Shown: one piece after another, positions 1 to 9,577 of the stretch
Layout of the letters: each line of letters opens with the position of its first letter
Position numbering within the stretch: position 1 is the first letter of the stretch
Assembly (NCBI GenBank): GCA_038871515.1
Contig: JAVZHX010000001.1
Span: 288,001 to 352,000 of the forward strand
Reading direction: 5' to 3'
From: Candidatus Micrarchaeia archaeon
Lineage (GTDB): Archaea > Micrarchaeota > Micrarchaeia > Burarchaeales > Fermentimicrarchaeaceae
DNA length: 64,000 bases
The notes under the pieces: generated by a model
Told to the model about the DNA's origin: nothing
What the model saw: the letters and a program-made list of their open reading frames with translations, nothing else
The model's database searches: none
Program-made: the position numbers and the translations under genes

Positions 1-331
1 CAGCAGACATTTTACTTAGAAAATCCAGGCTCAGCTTCCCTCTTCTCCTCCTTATCTCGCTAAGCGCCTTTTTTATTCTACGCGCTTTTATTTTTGACAA
101 ACCACCTGGGCGAATTGCTTTCTGAATTTTTCCTAAATCTGCATCAAGAACAAGCTCCCATTTTGGAAACTTCCGTTTGAGACTGAAAAAAGCAGCTTGG
201 GAGTTCCTGTCGCTTGTATTCTGAGATAAAATTGTTCCAACTAAAACGTCAAGGGGGTTGCTCCTTTCGTCTATGGAGTGAACCCCGTACTCCCGCTTCA
301 AAATTTCTATAACTTCTTTCAGCTTTTTCAC
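1..331 (-). CDS. nth: Endonuclease III / HhH-GPD DNA glycosylase, N-terminal part (runs off window)
   Basis: Manual translation from GTG at 331: MKKLKEVIEILKREYG...NPLDVLVGTILSQNTSDRNS...AIRPGGLSKIKARRIK; not in the ORF track. Confidence 0.85.
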   Translation of the reverse strand, partial: MKKLKEVIEILKREYGVHSIDERSNPLDVLVGTILSQNTSDRNSQAAFFSLKRKFPKWELVLDADLGKIQKAIRPGGLSKIKARRIKKALSEIRRRRGKLSLDFLSKMSA

Positions 332-366
332 GCATTTATTTAAAGCACGAAATAATAAATGACTAC

Positions 367-507
367 ATGAAAGGAATTTGTTCAATTTGTGGAAGGGAAA
401 CCGCAAGCTTTACGTGCAGTTTATGTGGTGCGCTTGTTGGGGTGAACTGCTACGACCCTGTGGGAAAGGTTTGCATACGCTGCAAGGCAGGAAGGATGAT
501 TAGATGA
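367..507 (+). CDS. Small Cys-rich zinc-finger protein (46 aa)
   Basis: Manual translation MKGICSICGRETASFTCSLCGALVGVNCYDPVGKVCIRCKAGRMIR; three CxxC plus one C; stop overlaps the next ATG (ATGA at 504-507). Confidence 0.75.
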   Translation: MKGICSICGRETASFTCSLCGALVGVNCYDPVGKVCIRCKAGRMIR

Positions 508-1409
508 GCTTAGCTGAGCTTGCGAAGAATAAAGATGTAGTGAAACCATTTGGAGAAGTTGACGTTCTGCTTTACTATGGAATTGTGGGAAGCAAGCTTG
601 TTGGTTTTTTGAAGGGAAAGGAGCTTGCAGCGAAAAACTGGTTCCCTCCAAAAGGTGGTTTGCCAACAGTTCTTAAAAGAGGTTCAAAGGAGGAGCCGCT
701 TTACATAGATGAATTTGTTGATGCGATAACACCTGGGTTTCTCTCATTGAGAGGGAAGCACCTTGAGGAAGTTAGAGATAAACTCGCTCCTTCCCAGCAG
801 AAAGTGTGGCGCTACTTTGTCCCAAGGAAGCTCTCTGATTTGTTTTATGCGACAAACAATGAGGGGGAAGGTAAATCTATCGACAGAATTTTCTTTGATT
901 TGGATAGGGGGGAGGGAGTTACTTCTGAATATGCACAGCAGGTAGCAAGGGAGTTCCTTGCTGTTATGGAGGATGATTTGAGGGAGTTGAACTGCGAAAA
1001 AAGATTTGTGATGTGGACTGGGAGCTCCTTTCATGTTTATCTATTTCTCAAGAAGAGAATGCCTCCCTCCTTTTACGAGGAAAACTTTCAGGTCAGCACA
1101 AAAGGTGGACTTCAAACAGCAGCGCAGAAGTGGGTTGATGAGTTGAAGAAAAAAGGGTTGAAGGTGAGCGGGAGCCATGAAAAAATTGCGGGAGTTGTTG
1201 CAATAGACCCATCTCAAACTCCCTCAGGGAAATTGGCAAGAGCTCCCTTCTCGCTGCACATGCAGGATTATAAAACAATCAATGGGGTTGCAATTCCGCT
1301 TGATTTGAACATGCTTGATGATAAGAAATTGGTAGAGGAGCTGAAGCAGTATACGCCAAACAGAGTCGTTGAGGAGCTGAACTCTCTTTCAAAAAGACTG
1401 CCATTGTGA
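504..1409 (+). CDS. Stand-alone archaeo-eukaryotic primase family protein, LigD polymerase-domain / Prim-Pol-like
   Basis: AEP motifs IFFDLDRG (DxD), WTGSSFHVY, and IDPSQTPSGKLARAPFSL resembling the LigD-Pol motif III region. Confidence 0.75.
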   Translation: MSLAELAKNKDVVKPFGEVDVLLYYGIVGSKLVGFLKGKELAAKNWFPPKGGLPTVLKRGSKEEPLYIDEFVDAITPGFLSLRGKHLEEVRDKLAPSQQKVWRYFVPRKLSDLFYATNNEGEGKSIDRIFFDLDRGEGVTSEYAQQVAREFLAVMEDDLRELNCEKRFVMWTGSSFHVYLFLKKRMPPSFYEENFQVSTKGGLQTAAQKWVDELKKKGLKVSGSHEKIAGVVAIDPSQTPSGKLARAPFSLHMQDYKTINGVAIPLDLNMLDDKKLVEELKQYTPNRVVEELNSLSKRLPL

Positions 1410-1413
1410 TTTT

Positions 1414-1845
1414 ATGAAGTTTGAAAAACTAGTTAGGGGAAGGGTTGTTTTCATTGGAGTTGGAAACGAGCTGAGGGGTGATGATGGAGTTGGTGTTTAC
1501 ATTGCAAGAAAACTGAGAAAGAAGAATGTAATTAATGCGGGAGTTGCACCTGAGAATTTTATTGGAAAAATAAAGAGGATGCAACCTGAAAGAATAGTAA
1601 TTTTTGATGCGCTTGATTTTGGAGGGAAACCTGGAGAAGTGAGGGTGGTTGATGCAAGGAAAACTGAGGGAATAAAAATTTCAACTCACTCCCTACCCCT
1701 TTCATTTTTCTGCAAGCTTTTTGATGGAGTTGAAGTTTATTTGGTTGGGATACAGCCAAAAGAAAGGGAGTTTGGTGCTTCACTCAGCAAGGAAGTTGTG
1801 AGAAGCGCAGACAGGTTAATTGCTGAGCTAGCGGTGTCTTCTTAG
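1414..1845 (+). CDS. Hydrogenase maturation endopeptidase (HycI/HybD family)
   Basis: GVGNELRGDDGVG, IVIFDA, STHSLP, VGIQP motifs. Confidence 0.88.
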   Translation: MKFEKLVRGRVVFIGVGNELRGDDGVGVYIARKLRKKNVINAGVAPENFIGKIKRMQPERIVIFDALDFGGKPGEVRVVDARKTEGIKISTHSLPLSFFCKLFDGVEVYLVGIQPKEREFGASLSKEVVRSADRLIAELAVSS

Positions 1846-3093
1846 GAGAGCTTCGTCTACGTAGTAGAGCGCTACGCCTGCTAACAGAGCAACTGCAGTA
1901 ATCAACCACGTTTCCAGAAGAAGATAATATGCAAGCGCTGCAAAAGTTATAATACCAAGCAAAGGTGGTATTGGGTAAAATGGAATTTTGAATGGTGGTT
2001 TCACTCTCCTGTTCACCACAATTGCAGCATAGTTCACAAGTATATGGCTCAGTATCATAAGCACAGTTGCAAGGGAAGCAATTTCCTTTAAATCGCCAAT
2101 AAAGGCAAGAAAAGCCATTGGTATTCCTGTGAGAAGTATTGAAACATACGGGGTGCCAAAAGTTGGGTGTATGTGGCTGATGAACCTTGCAGTTTGGTGG
2201 TTCCTTGACATTGAGAAAATTATTCTTGAAACTGATAGGATAAGGGTGTGGAGAACTGTGGCAGTTGCGAAGATTGCTGCAAGCGAAACTAACCACGCAG
2301 CCATCTCATTTCCAGTCGCCTCCATCACATCCGCAAGCGGAGAGCCTGATTTTGCAAGCACATTGTAATCAACAACTCCAACTGCTGTGAAGCTAACGAG
2401 CAGATACAACAAAGCGGATATTGCTAGGGAGAGCAGTATTGCAAGAGGAAGGGTTCTCTGTGGGTTAATGATTTCCTCTGAGATTGTTGTGACATTGCAG
2501 TAGCCAAGGTAGGCGAACATCATAAGCGCAGCTCCACCTATCAAACCATTCAAACCATTTGGAAGCACATTCTGAAAATTCGCTGGTTTTATATGAGGTG
2601 CACCAAGCAACACAAAAAGAAGCAGCATGAGAATTTTAAGAATTACAAGCGCATCATTCACAATCTTTGACTGCTTTGCTCCCACAAGGTTAACCAAAGT
2701 GAAAAGAATGCATGCTCCAACAGCAAGCAGGTTTGCTGGGAAAACCATAAGCACTGCAAGGTAATCCGCCAAACCAAGGCTGACTGCCGCACCTCCTACA
2801 ATGCTGCCGAGTATGAGCATCCATCCTGTCAAAAAACCCCAGAAAGGAGAAACAACTTTAAAAACATACTCATACCCTCCCCCTTCTTTTGGTATAACTG
2901 AGGAAAGCTCCGCAAAGCTCAGAGCAGTGAAAAGAGAAACAACTCCCGCAAGAATCACTGAATAAATAACACCTGGGCCAGCCATCCCTGCAGCTATCCC
3001 AACAACTACAAAGATACCTGCTCCGATTATTGCTCCTAAACCTATAGAGATAGCGTCAAATAGGTTAAGTGCTCTTTTCAACCTGGTTGCCAT
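1828..3093 (-). CDS. APC-family amino acid permease
   Basis: GAIIGAGIF, ELSS..PKEGGGY, FAYLGY..SEE..NPQRTLP; about 12 TM segments. Confidence 0.92.
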   Translation of the reverse strand: MATRLKRALNLFDAISIGLGAIIGAGIFVVVGIAAGMAGPGVIYSVILAGVVSLFTALSFAELSSVIPKEGGGYEYVFKVVSPFWGFLTGWMLILGSIVGGAAVSLGLADYLAVLMVFPANLLAVGACILFTLVNLVGAKQSKIVNDALVILKILMLLLFVLLGAPHIKPANFQNVLPNGLNGLIGGAALMMFAYLGYCNVTTISEEIINPQRTLPLAILLSLAISALLYLLVSFTAVGVVDYNVLAKSGSPLADVMEATGNEMAAWLVSLAAIFATATVLHTLILSVSRIIFSMSRNHQTARFISHIHPTFGTPYVSILLTGIPMAFLAFIGDLKEIASLATVLMILSHILVNYAAIVVNRRVKPPFKIPFYPIPPLLGIITFAALAYYLLLETWLITAVALLAGVALYYVDEALLRRHR

Positions 3094-3181
3094 ATTGTTT
3101 GGTATTGCTCACGCCTATATAAAATAGTTGGTTTGAATTTTTTTAGCAAGGAATTTAAAGAAAGCAAACCATAATTTTAGC

Positions 3182-4051
3182 ATGACGTACAGAATAGCAA
3201 AACCAGGTGAAATAATTGTTGAAGCGCAGGAGAGGTATCCTGGCTCTTTTTACGATAAAGTTTCAAGCAGCAAGTACATGGATGAGTTCTATAAGAAAGC
3301 AGTTGAAGCATCTGGTGTTGTGAAGCTGATTGAGAGCAGAGAGGATACGGTAAGGGTTGTTGATGTGGCCGGTGGAAGAGGCAGAGTTGGGGAGATGATA
3401 AGGAAGATGACGGATAAGAATTTTGAATACATTGTAGTTGACATAAGCAGAAAGGAGATGGGAGATGATAAGGATAAAGTGAAAATTGTTGGCGACATGG
3501 CGCACATTCCCCTGAAGAATTCAAGTGCAGATGTTGTATTTTTCCTCAACATGCCAGTTCCAATTTCACTTATTAAAAGAAAGGCTGAGACGATGACTCC
3601 TGGAAGCTTGGTTGAGGTTGAGGAACTTTGGAGCATAAAAATGTATCTTGGCAATTCAATAGATGCAGCTTTCAGAAGCAATATGCTTGAGGGGCTTAGG
3701 GTGCTCAAGCCAGATGGAGTTCTTGTAACCGGTGCGAAGCATGTTGGGCAGTCCAAAGAAGTGGCAGAAGAGGCGTTTAGGGAGTTTCCGCTTAGGGTTG
3801 AGAAACAGGAGGTTGTTGAGCTTGACAGCAAAGTTATACCGCTGTGGAGAAAGTACGGTTTGGGGTTGGAGGATCCAAAGTTTGTTATCACGACTTACAG
3901 GAGAGTTGAAGGGAATGTTGAGAGCCTTATTGAGCATGAAAAAGAGAGATTGGAAAGGAATTTGGGAAAAGCGATGGAGATGGAGACTTTTTGGAAAGTT
4001 ATGGAGGAGTTCAGGAAGGAGAAGTGGGTGCCGGAGGAATTTTCTGAATGA
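3182..4051 (+). CDS. Class I SAM-dependent methyltransferase, paralog 1
   Basis: VVDVAGGRG, IVVDIS, GDMAHIPLKNSSADVVF, RVLKPDGVLV. Confidence 0.8.
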   Translation: MTYRIAKPGEIIVEAQERYPGSFYDKVSSSKYMDEFYKKAVEASGVVKLIESREDTVRVVDVAGGRGRVGEMIRKMTDKNFEYIVVDISRKEMGDDKDKVKIVGDMAHIPLKNSSADVVFFLNMPVPISLIKRKAETMTPGSLVEVEELWSIKMYLGNSIDAAFRSNMLEGLRVLKPDGVLVTGAKHVGQSKEVAEEAFREFPLRVEKQEVVELDSKVIPLWRKYGLGLEDPKFVITTYRRVEGNVESLIEHEKERLERNLGKAMEMETFWKVMEEFRKEKWVPEEFSE

Positions 4052-4084
4052 AGCAATTAAATATGTTGGATGCGTAATTAAAGT

Positions 4085-4933
4085 ATGATTCATAAGATAT
4101 CTAAACCGGAAGACATCCTTCTTGAAGCTCAGAAGCTCTACCCAACAAAGTTTCACGAAGTTTCCGAGAGCACTTACATGGATGAGGTTTACAGAAAAGC
4201 CGCTGCTCTTTCTGGAATTAAGGAGTATGTTGGAAAAACAAAGAGGGAAGTGAACGTTGCTGATATTGCTGGCGGGAGCGGAAGGCAGGGACATATAATC
4301 AGAAGCATGCTGAAAGATGAAGCGCGGAGAGTGACGATACATAATATAGATATAAGCAAGGAGGAGCTGAGCAAAAGAAAAGTGGATGAGAGAATTGTTG
4401 GCGAGATTATGCATCTCCCATTTGTGGATAGAAGTATGGATTTTGTTTTTATGAATAACATACCAATTCCAATTTCGCATGTGAGGAATTACGTTGCTTT
4501 TATGAAGGATGAGAGCGGAAGAAAAGGCATGATGCTGGAGATGCTTGAGCTTGCTGTTGACTCTGTTTATAAATTGAACACGCTTGAAGGTGCTAGGGTG
4601 CTTAAGGATAATGGAGTTATGGTTGTCAGTGGTAAGTACACTGGACAGAGCAGCGAAAGCATTCAGAAAGGACTTGGCGAGCTTCCCCTAAAAGTTGAGA
4701 AATTTGAGGTTGTGGAGCTTGAGGAAGGAGTAATTCCTCTTTGGAGGAAGTATGGTATAGAGATAGAGAAGCCAACTTTTATGGTTGCCTCCTTTAGAAA
4801 AACATCTTCGGATTTAAAGGAGCATTTTGAGCTGTATGAGCAGATGCTTTACACAAGCTTGGAGCAGTTGATGAGAATTGAGGGGTTTGAGGATGTTTTG
4901 AAAGAGATGCACAGAAAAAATTTGAAATGGTAA
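4085..4933 (+). CDS. Class I SAM-dependent methyltransferase, paralog 2
   Basis: VADIAGGSG, IDIS, LPFVDRSMDFVF, RVLKDNGVMV; colinear with paralog 1. Confidence 0.8.
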   Translation: MIHKISKPEDILLEAQKLYPTKFHEVSESTYMDEVYRKAAALSGIKEYVGKTKREVNVADIAGGSGRQGHIIRSMLKDEARRVTIHNIDISKEELSKRKVDERIVGEIMHLPFVDRSMDFVFMNNIPIPISHVRNYVAFMKDESGRKGMMLEMLELAVDSVYKLNTLEGARVLKDNGVMVVSGKYTGQSSESIQKGLGELPLKVEKFEVVELEEGVIPLWRKYGIEIEKPTFMVASFRKTSSDLKEHFELYEQMLYTSLEQLMRIEGFEDVLKEMHRKNLKW

Positions 4934-4964
4934 AGTAATAAATCCGAAACTTCATAATTTATGC

Positions 4965-5875
4965 ATGGTGGAGAAGTTTGCAGAAGAAGAGAATCTTTTA
5001 AGAAAAGTGCAAATTCTCTATCCCGACTCCTTTTACGATAAAGTTTCAAGCAGCAAATTGATGGGCAAGTTCTATGAAAAAGCAATTGAGCTTTCGGGAG
5101 TTGTTGGGCTTATTGAAAAGAGCACGCCAGGAAAAGTGAGCGTGGTTGACATATGTGGGGCAGAGGGATTGTTGGCGATAGAATAAAAAGTATGACGAAT
5201 AAGGAGTTCAACTATATAGTTGTTGATATAAGCAGAAGGGAGCTTGGAAGCGAGCAGTGGAAGAATAGAGTGATGGGAGATATGCTGCACATTCCTCTTA
5301 AAAATGAAACTGCGGATGTTGTGTTCTGTCTCAATATGCCGGTTCCACTTGCGCAGGTGAAGGAGCATGCAAAAGTGACGAAAGCAGATAATTTGAGTGA
5401 GGAGTGGGATAGGGAGAAAGTGATGAATATTTTGAATGACGCAGTGGATAACATATGTGAGCTGAACCTTCTTAACGCAGCAAGAATTCTCAAAAACAAC
5501 GGTGTGCTTGTGCTCGGAAACTCATTTGCTGGGCAGACTGAGGAGGATGCAAGAAGACAGGTGAAAGAAATTCCAATGAAGCTTGAAAGATATGCGAGAG
5601 TGAAGCTGAGCAACCGAGTTATACCACTTTGGAAGGAATATGGAAGTGAGGTGAGTTCACCTGTTTTTGTGCTTGTGTGTTTCAGAAAAGTTGAAGGGAG
5701 TGTTGAGGAGAGCATTAAATTCAGGGAAGCTGCGCTCAGAGATGATTTTCAAGAGCTTGAGAGAAGCGAATTCTTCAAAAAAATTATAAAAGAAATGGAG
5801 AGGGGAGCTTCGGCGAAGAAAGGGGAAACGTTTGCAATTGATAAGAGTTTGTTTGAAAGTATAAAATGGGAGTAG
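4965..5875 (+). pseudogene. Class I SAM methyltransferase, paralog 3, frameshifted (ORFs 4965-5186 and 5153-5875)
   Basis: Both halves align to paralog 1; one extra G in GGGG at 5157-5160 restores VVDICGGRGIVGDRI. Confidence 0.78.
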
Positions 5876-5876
5876 T

Positions 5877-8069
5877 TTATTTTATGAGTTTTTCAAGAAT
5901 CTCCTTTGCTGCTTTTTTATTCAAATTCCTGTTATTATTCCCGCACTGCGGATCCAGAATGCAGGAGGGGCAACCACTTCTGCACTTGCACTTCATCAAT
6001 CTTTCATACGCCATCTTTTCAACTCTCTCAAACTTTTCAAAAATTATTTTTGACAATCCAGCTCCGTGAGGAGTTGAATCGTAAACATACATCCTCCCAG
6101 CAGGATAGCTCACCCCTCCCAACTCAGATGGATCTGCTCCAGTTAAAGCAGGCATCATCGCAATTGAAACATGCTCAACTGCATGCAACCCAGATGGAAA
6201 ATCATCTACGGAAAAAACAATTTTCTCAGGAAAATCAAACCAAACTGCAAGAGTGTCAAACTCATAATGCAACGGCTCATCAAGCGGAATTCTGCTGCTT
6301 ATCCTCTCTTTCAAATAATCCTTCACAACATAACCGTAAACCTCATCTGAAATGTGAACTCTACCGTATGAAAGCTCCCCTCCCAAACACTCCCTTTCTC
6401 CAAGCAACTCAGTCACTTCGGCTTCTCTGTTGCGCAGAGCAACTGTATACTCAGATGTTTCATAACTGAGCTTTCTCACAAATGCAATTTTTCTCACCAA
6501 ATCCAGCTTCTCAGAAACAAACTTCTCCCCTCCATGTAAGTAGATTGCACCGGGGAATAGCTCGCTGTACGCCATCGCCTCCTCCCTTTCACCTATGAAC
6601 TTCTCTCTCTCCACATCATATATCCTTATTGACGAGCCAGCCGTCCTTATGCTCATCTCCCTCACAACCCTCAGCCCTCTCCTTGTAGGAATCCAGCAAC
6701 CTGCAAACTCCTTGCACAGCTCCTCAGCTTTCAGCTGAGAGAAAAGCTTCTCCCCCATTGGAAATGAGTTGATTTCGTCAATGCTTGCTGGGTAATCCCG
6801 CATCATTGAGAGAAGGTGGGGTTTTAGTATAAACTCATTCTGGGGGTTTACGTAACAGCTCTCCGGCTCCCCTTTCAAATACTCATGTGGATTTTCAAAA
6901 TAATACTGGTCAAGCGGGTTGTCTCGAGCGATGAAAACAGCTGTTGCCTCCCTTCCCCTCCTTCCTGCCCTTCCAATTCTCTGCCTCACCCTTGTAACCG
7001 TTCCTGGGAAGCCAGCAAGAATTACTAAGTCAACGGCACCTATATCCATCCCAAGCTCCAAAGCAGATGTTGCGACAAGCGCATCCGTACTGCCTGACTT
7101 GAACTCCTGCTCCAACTTCCTTCTCTCCTCCCTCTCCAATCCAGCCCGGTATATTTTTATTTCATGTAAATTCGTTTCCTTTGCAACTATCCCAATTCTC
7201 TCAACAACAGAGTGGCTGTTCCCAAATATCAGCAGCTTCCTTCCTTTTCCAATAAGCTGCCTTGCAACTTTCAAGGCAAGCGTTGTATAGCTCTCCCTCC
7301 CCTCCTCTGTTAAAGGAGGGTTCAGCAGTATGTGCTTAACCGTGCTTCTTGGAGCATAGCGCGCATCCACCAAAGAGAAAGGCACCCCTGCAAGCTGCTC
7401 GGCAAACTCCAATGCATTCCCAACAGTTGCTGAACAGCAGATGAACTGCAGTTTATTTTTGGAGTATTTCAAGTGAACTCTCTTCAACCTTTTTATTATA
7501 TTTGAGGAGTGGCTTCCAAACGTTCCCGTGTATGTATGTATTTCATCAATTACAACAAACTTCAAGTAAGAAAGAAACTTTTTGAACAGATGCGAGTTAA
7601 GGAGAATGAAGTGAAGCATATCCATATTTGTTATCAAAATATGCGGTGGCTCCTTCCTTATTCTTTCCCTAATATGCGCAGATGTATCACCATCATAAAC
7701 CTCGCTTTTCACACCAAGCAGAGCAAACTCCCTAAATCTTGCTAGCTGATCCCGCGAAAGCGCTTTTGTTGGGTAGATAACAATGCTCCTCTCTCCTTTC
7801 AACGCGGACTCAATAACTGGAATCATATATATTTCAGTTTTGCCAGAGGCAGTTGGAGCAGTTACAACAACATTCTCCCCTTCTCTCACTTTTTTGATTC
7901 CGTCTGCCTGATGCTTGTAAAACTTCTCAATTCCTCTCCCATGCAGAATATGCATTATTTCCTCTGAAACTTCAACCTCCCCGAACTTCGCAGAATCTCC
8001 TTTCTCCAGAAACTCCTTTACTTCCCCTTCTATAAGCACGAATATATTTCGTAAGAAAGCAATAAACAA
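5877..8069 (-). CDS. DEAD/DEAH-box helicase with C-terminal DUF1998 Zn domain (Hrq1/YprA/MrfA family)
   Basis: TASGKT, YPTKALSRDQ, DEIH, SAT, QRIGRAGR; C-terminal CKCRSGCPSC. Confidence 0.9.
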   Translation of the reverse strand: MFIAFLRNIFVLIEGEVKEFLEKGDSAKFGEVEVSEEIMHILHGRGIEKFYKHQADGIKKVREGENVVVTAPTASGKTEIYMIPVIESALKGERSIVIYPTKALSRDQLARFREFALLGVKSEVYDGDTSAHIRERIRKEPPHILITNMDMLHFILLNSHLFKKFLSYLKFVVIDEIHTYTGTFGSHSSNIIKRLKRVHLKYSKNKLQFICCSATVGNALEFAEQLAGVPFSLVDARYAPRSTVKHILLNPPLTEEGRESYTTLALKVARQLIGKGRKLLIFGNSHSVVERIGIVAKETNLHEIKIYRAGLEREERRKLEQEFKSGSTDALVATSALELGMDIGAVDLVILAGFPGTVTRVRQRIGRAGRRGREATAVFIARDNPLDQYYFENPHEYLKGEPESCYVNPQNEFILKPHLLSMMRDYPASIDEINSFPMGEKLFSQLKAEELCKEFAGCWIPTRRGLRVVREMSIRTAGSSIRIYDVEREKFIGEREEAMAYSELFPGAIYLHGGEKFVSEKLDLVRKIAFVRKLSYETSEYTVALRNREAEVTELLGERECLGGELSYGRVHISDEVYGYVVKDYLKERISSRIPLDEPLHYEFDTLAVWFDFPEKIVFSVDDFPSGLHAVEHVSIAMMPALTGADPSELGGVSYPAGRMYVYDSTPHGAGLSKIIFEKFERVEKMAYERLMKCKCRSGCPSCILDPQCGNNNRNLNKKAAKEILEKLIK

Positions 8070-8089
8070 GCTTCGGTTATACGGAGTTA

Positions 8090-8353
8090 TTACAAACCAG
8101 CAAAATCCTTTGAGGTTTTTCCCTTTGGAAAAACAGTTCCATTTTTTGCTGAAATTGGAAGCTGATACTCCTCAGCTAACCTGATAAGCTCACTCATATC
8201 TATGAATTTATCAATAGAAAGCACTGGGTATGCTCCAACAGGGGAGGGAATTCTCTTAACCACAAACTCCTGAAACTGCAAAGTGCCAGAGCGCATCACC
8301 TTTATATCCACTTTTCCTTTTTTCAACGCATCCCTTGCAATTTTCGGCAACAT
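8090..8353 (-). CDS. Hypothetical protein (87 aa)
   Basis: Abuts the aminotransferase stop; composition typical of the genome. Confidence 0.65.
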   Translation of the reverse strand: MLPKIARDALKKGKVDIKVMRSGTLQFQEFVVKRIPSPVGAYPVLSIDKFIDMSELIRLAEEYQLPISAKNGTVFPKGKTSKDFAGL

Positions 8354-9577
8354 TTAACCCCTCATCAAATTCTCAATTCCCTGAGCAACTTTCTCCAAAA
8401 CTTCAATTGGTGGAAGCACCGTTGTCCTCAGGTGGCCATCCAAACCAAAACCGCTCCCTCTTGTCACCCACACATGCTCCCTTCTGAGCAACTCTGTGCA
8501 AAACTCCTTATCGTTTTTGAATTTTGTTTTTGAAAAATCAACTCTCGGAAACAAGTAGAAAGCTCCTTTTGCTTTCTGACAGCTCACCCCATCAATTTCA
8601 TTCAACCTCTTCTGCATAAACTCGGCTCTCTCCTTTATGTTTTTCACCATATACTTCAGAAACTTCTTATGTGCTTTCACATTGCTCAGCGCTTCAACAG
8701 CTGCAACCTGTGCAGGTGTGCTCGCGCATAACCTCATCGTTGCAAGGTTGTTAATTCCTTCCCTTAACTTTTTTGAACCCTCATCCTCCTCAGGTATAAT
8801 CACCCACCCAATTCTCACGCCAGTGCAACCCCAGTTCTTTGACAAACCGTTCATTATCACATGCGGCACTCCCTTTGCAACCTCCCCAATGCACGTCATC
8901 CTCTCCTTCACAAGTATCATCTCATCATATATTTCATCTGAAATAATAAGCAAATCATTGTTTTTCGCAACCTCAACAACATCCTCCAAATTCTTTCTGC
9001 TGCACATTGAACCTGTTGGGTTGTTTGGGTTGATTATTAAAATAAACTTCAAGTCAACTCCCTCTGCTTTTGCTTTCCTCACCTTCTCCTCCAAATCCTC
9101 CTTTGAAGGAGCCCACCCGCTCTCTTCATTTAAGCTGCTCAGCACAACTGCTCCGCCAAATAGCCTAATCATAGGTGCATAAACTGGGTAGTATGGGTTG
9201 AAAAGAACTGCCCCCTTCCCATGTTCAATGAGGGATTCCGCAAGAAATGCAACCGCCTCACTCAAACCCTGGGTGACAGATATTTTTGATGAATCAAAAT
9301 CAAGGTTATACAATCTTTTATACCTCTTTGCAATCTCTTCAAGAAGCTCAAAAATTCCAGGTGAACGTGAGTAGTAAACCTTTCCTTCCTTCAATGCTTT
9401 GCAGTATGCTTTCATTATATACTTCGCAACTCCCAAGTAAGGAACAGGGTCTCCTATGCTCGCGTTATAAATTTCCGCCCCTGTTTTCTTTATCTCCTCA
9501 GCAATTGGAAAAAGCTCCCTTATTGGGTAGTGAGCATACTCCATTCTTCCAGCAAGCGTGCTGTTTGAAAATGACAT
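8354..9577 (-). CDS. PLP-dependent aminotransferase class I/II (alanine/aspartate type)
   Basis: INPNNPTG, ISDEIYD, GLSKNW..TGVRIGW. Confidence 0.92.
   Translation of the reverse strand: MSFSNSTLAGRMEYAHYPIRELFPIAEEIKKTGAEIYNASIGDPVPYLGVAKYIMKAYCKALKEGKVYYSRSPGIFELLEEIAKRYKRLYNLDFDSSKISVTQGLSEAVAFLAESLIEHGKGAVLFNPYYPVYAPMIRLFGGAVVLSSLNEESGWAPSKEDLEEKVRKAKAEGVDLKFILIINPNNPTGSMCSRKNLEDVVEVAKNNDLLIISDEIYDEMILVKERMTCIGEVAKGVPHVIMNGLSKNWGCTGVRIGWVIIPEEDEGSKKLREGINNLATMRLCASTPAQVAAVEALSNVKAHKKFLKYMVKNIKERAEFMQKRLNEIDGVSCQKAKGAFYLFPRVDFSKTKFKNDKEFCTELLRREHVWVTRGSGFGLDGHLRTTVLPPIEVLEKVAQGIENLMRG

Noticed and set aside
3656..4480. 274-aa minus-strand ORF, and similar long antisense ORFs (e.g. 30260-30928, 30652-31515, 36953-37612)
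   Set aside because: Shadows of well-supported genes on the opposite strand; Ser/Leu/Phe-rich with no motifs
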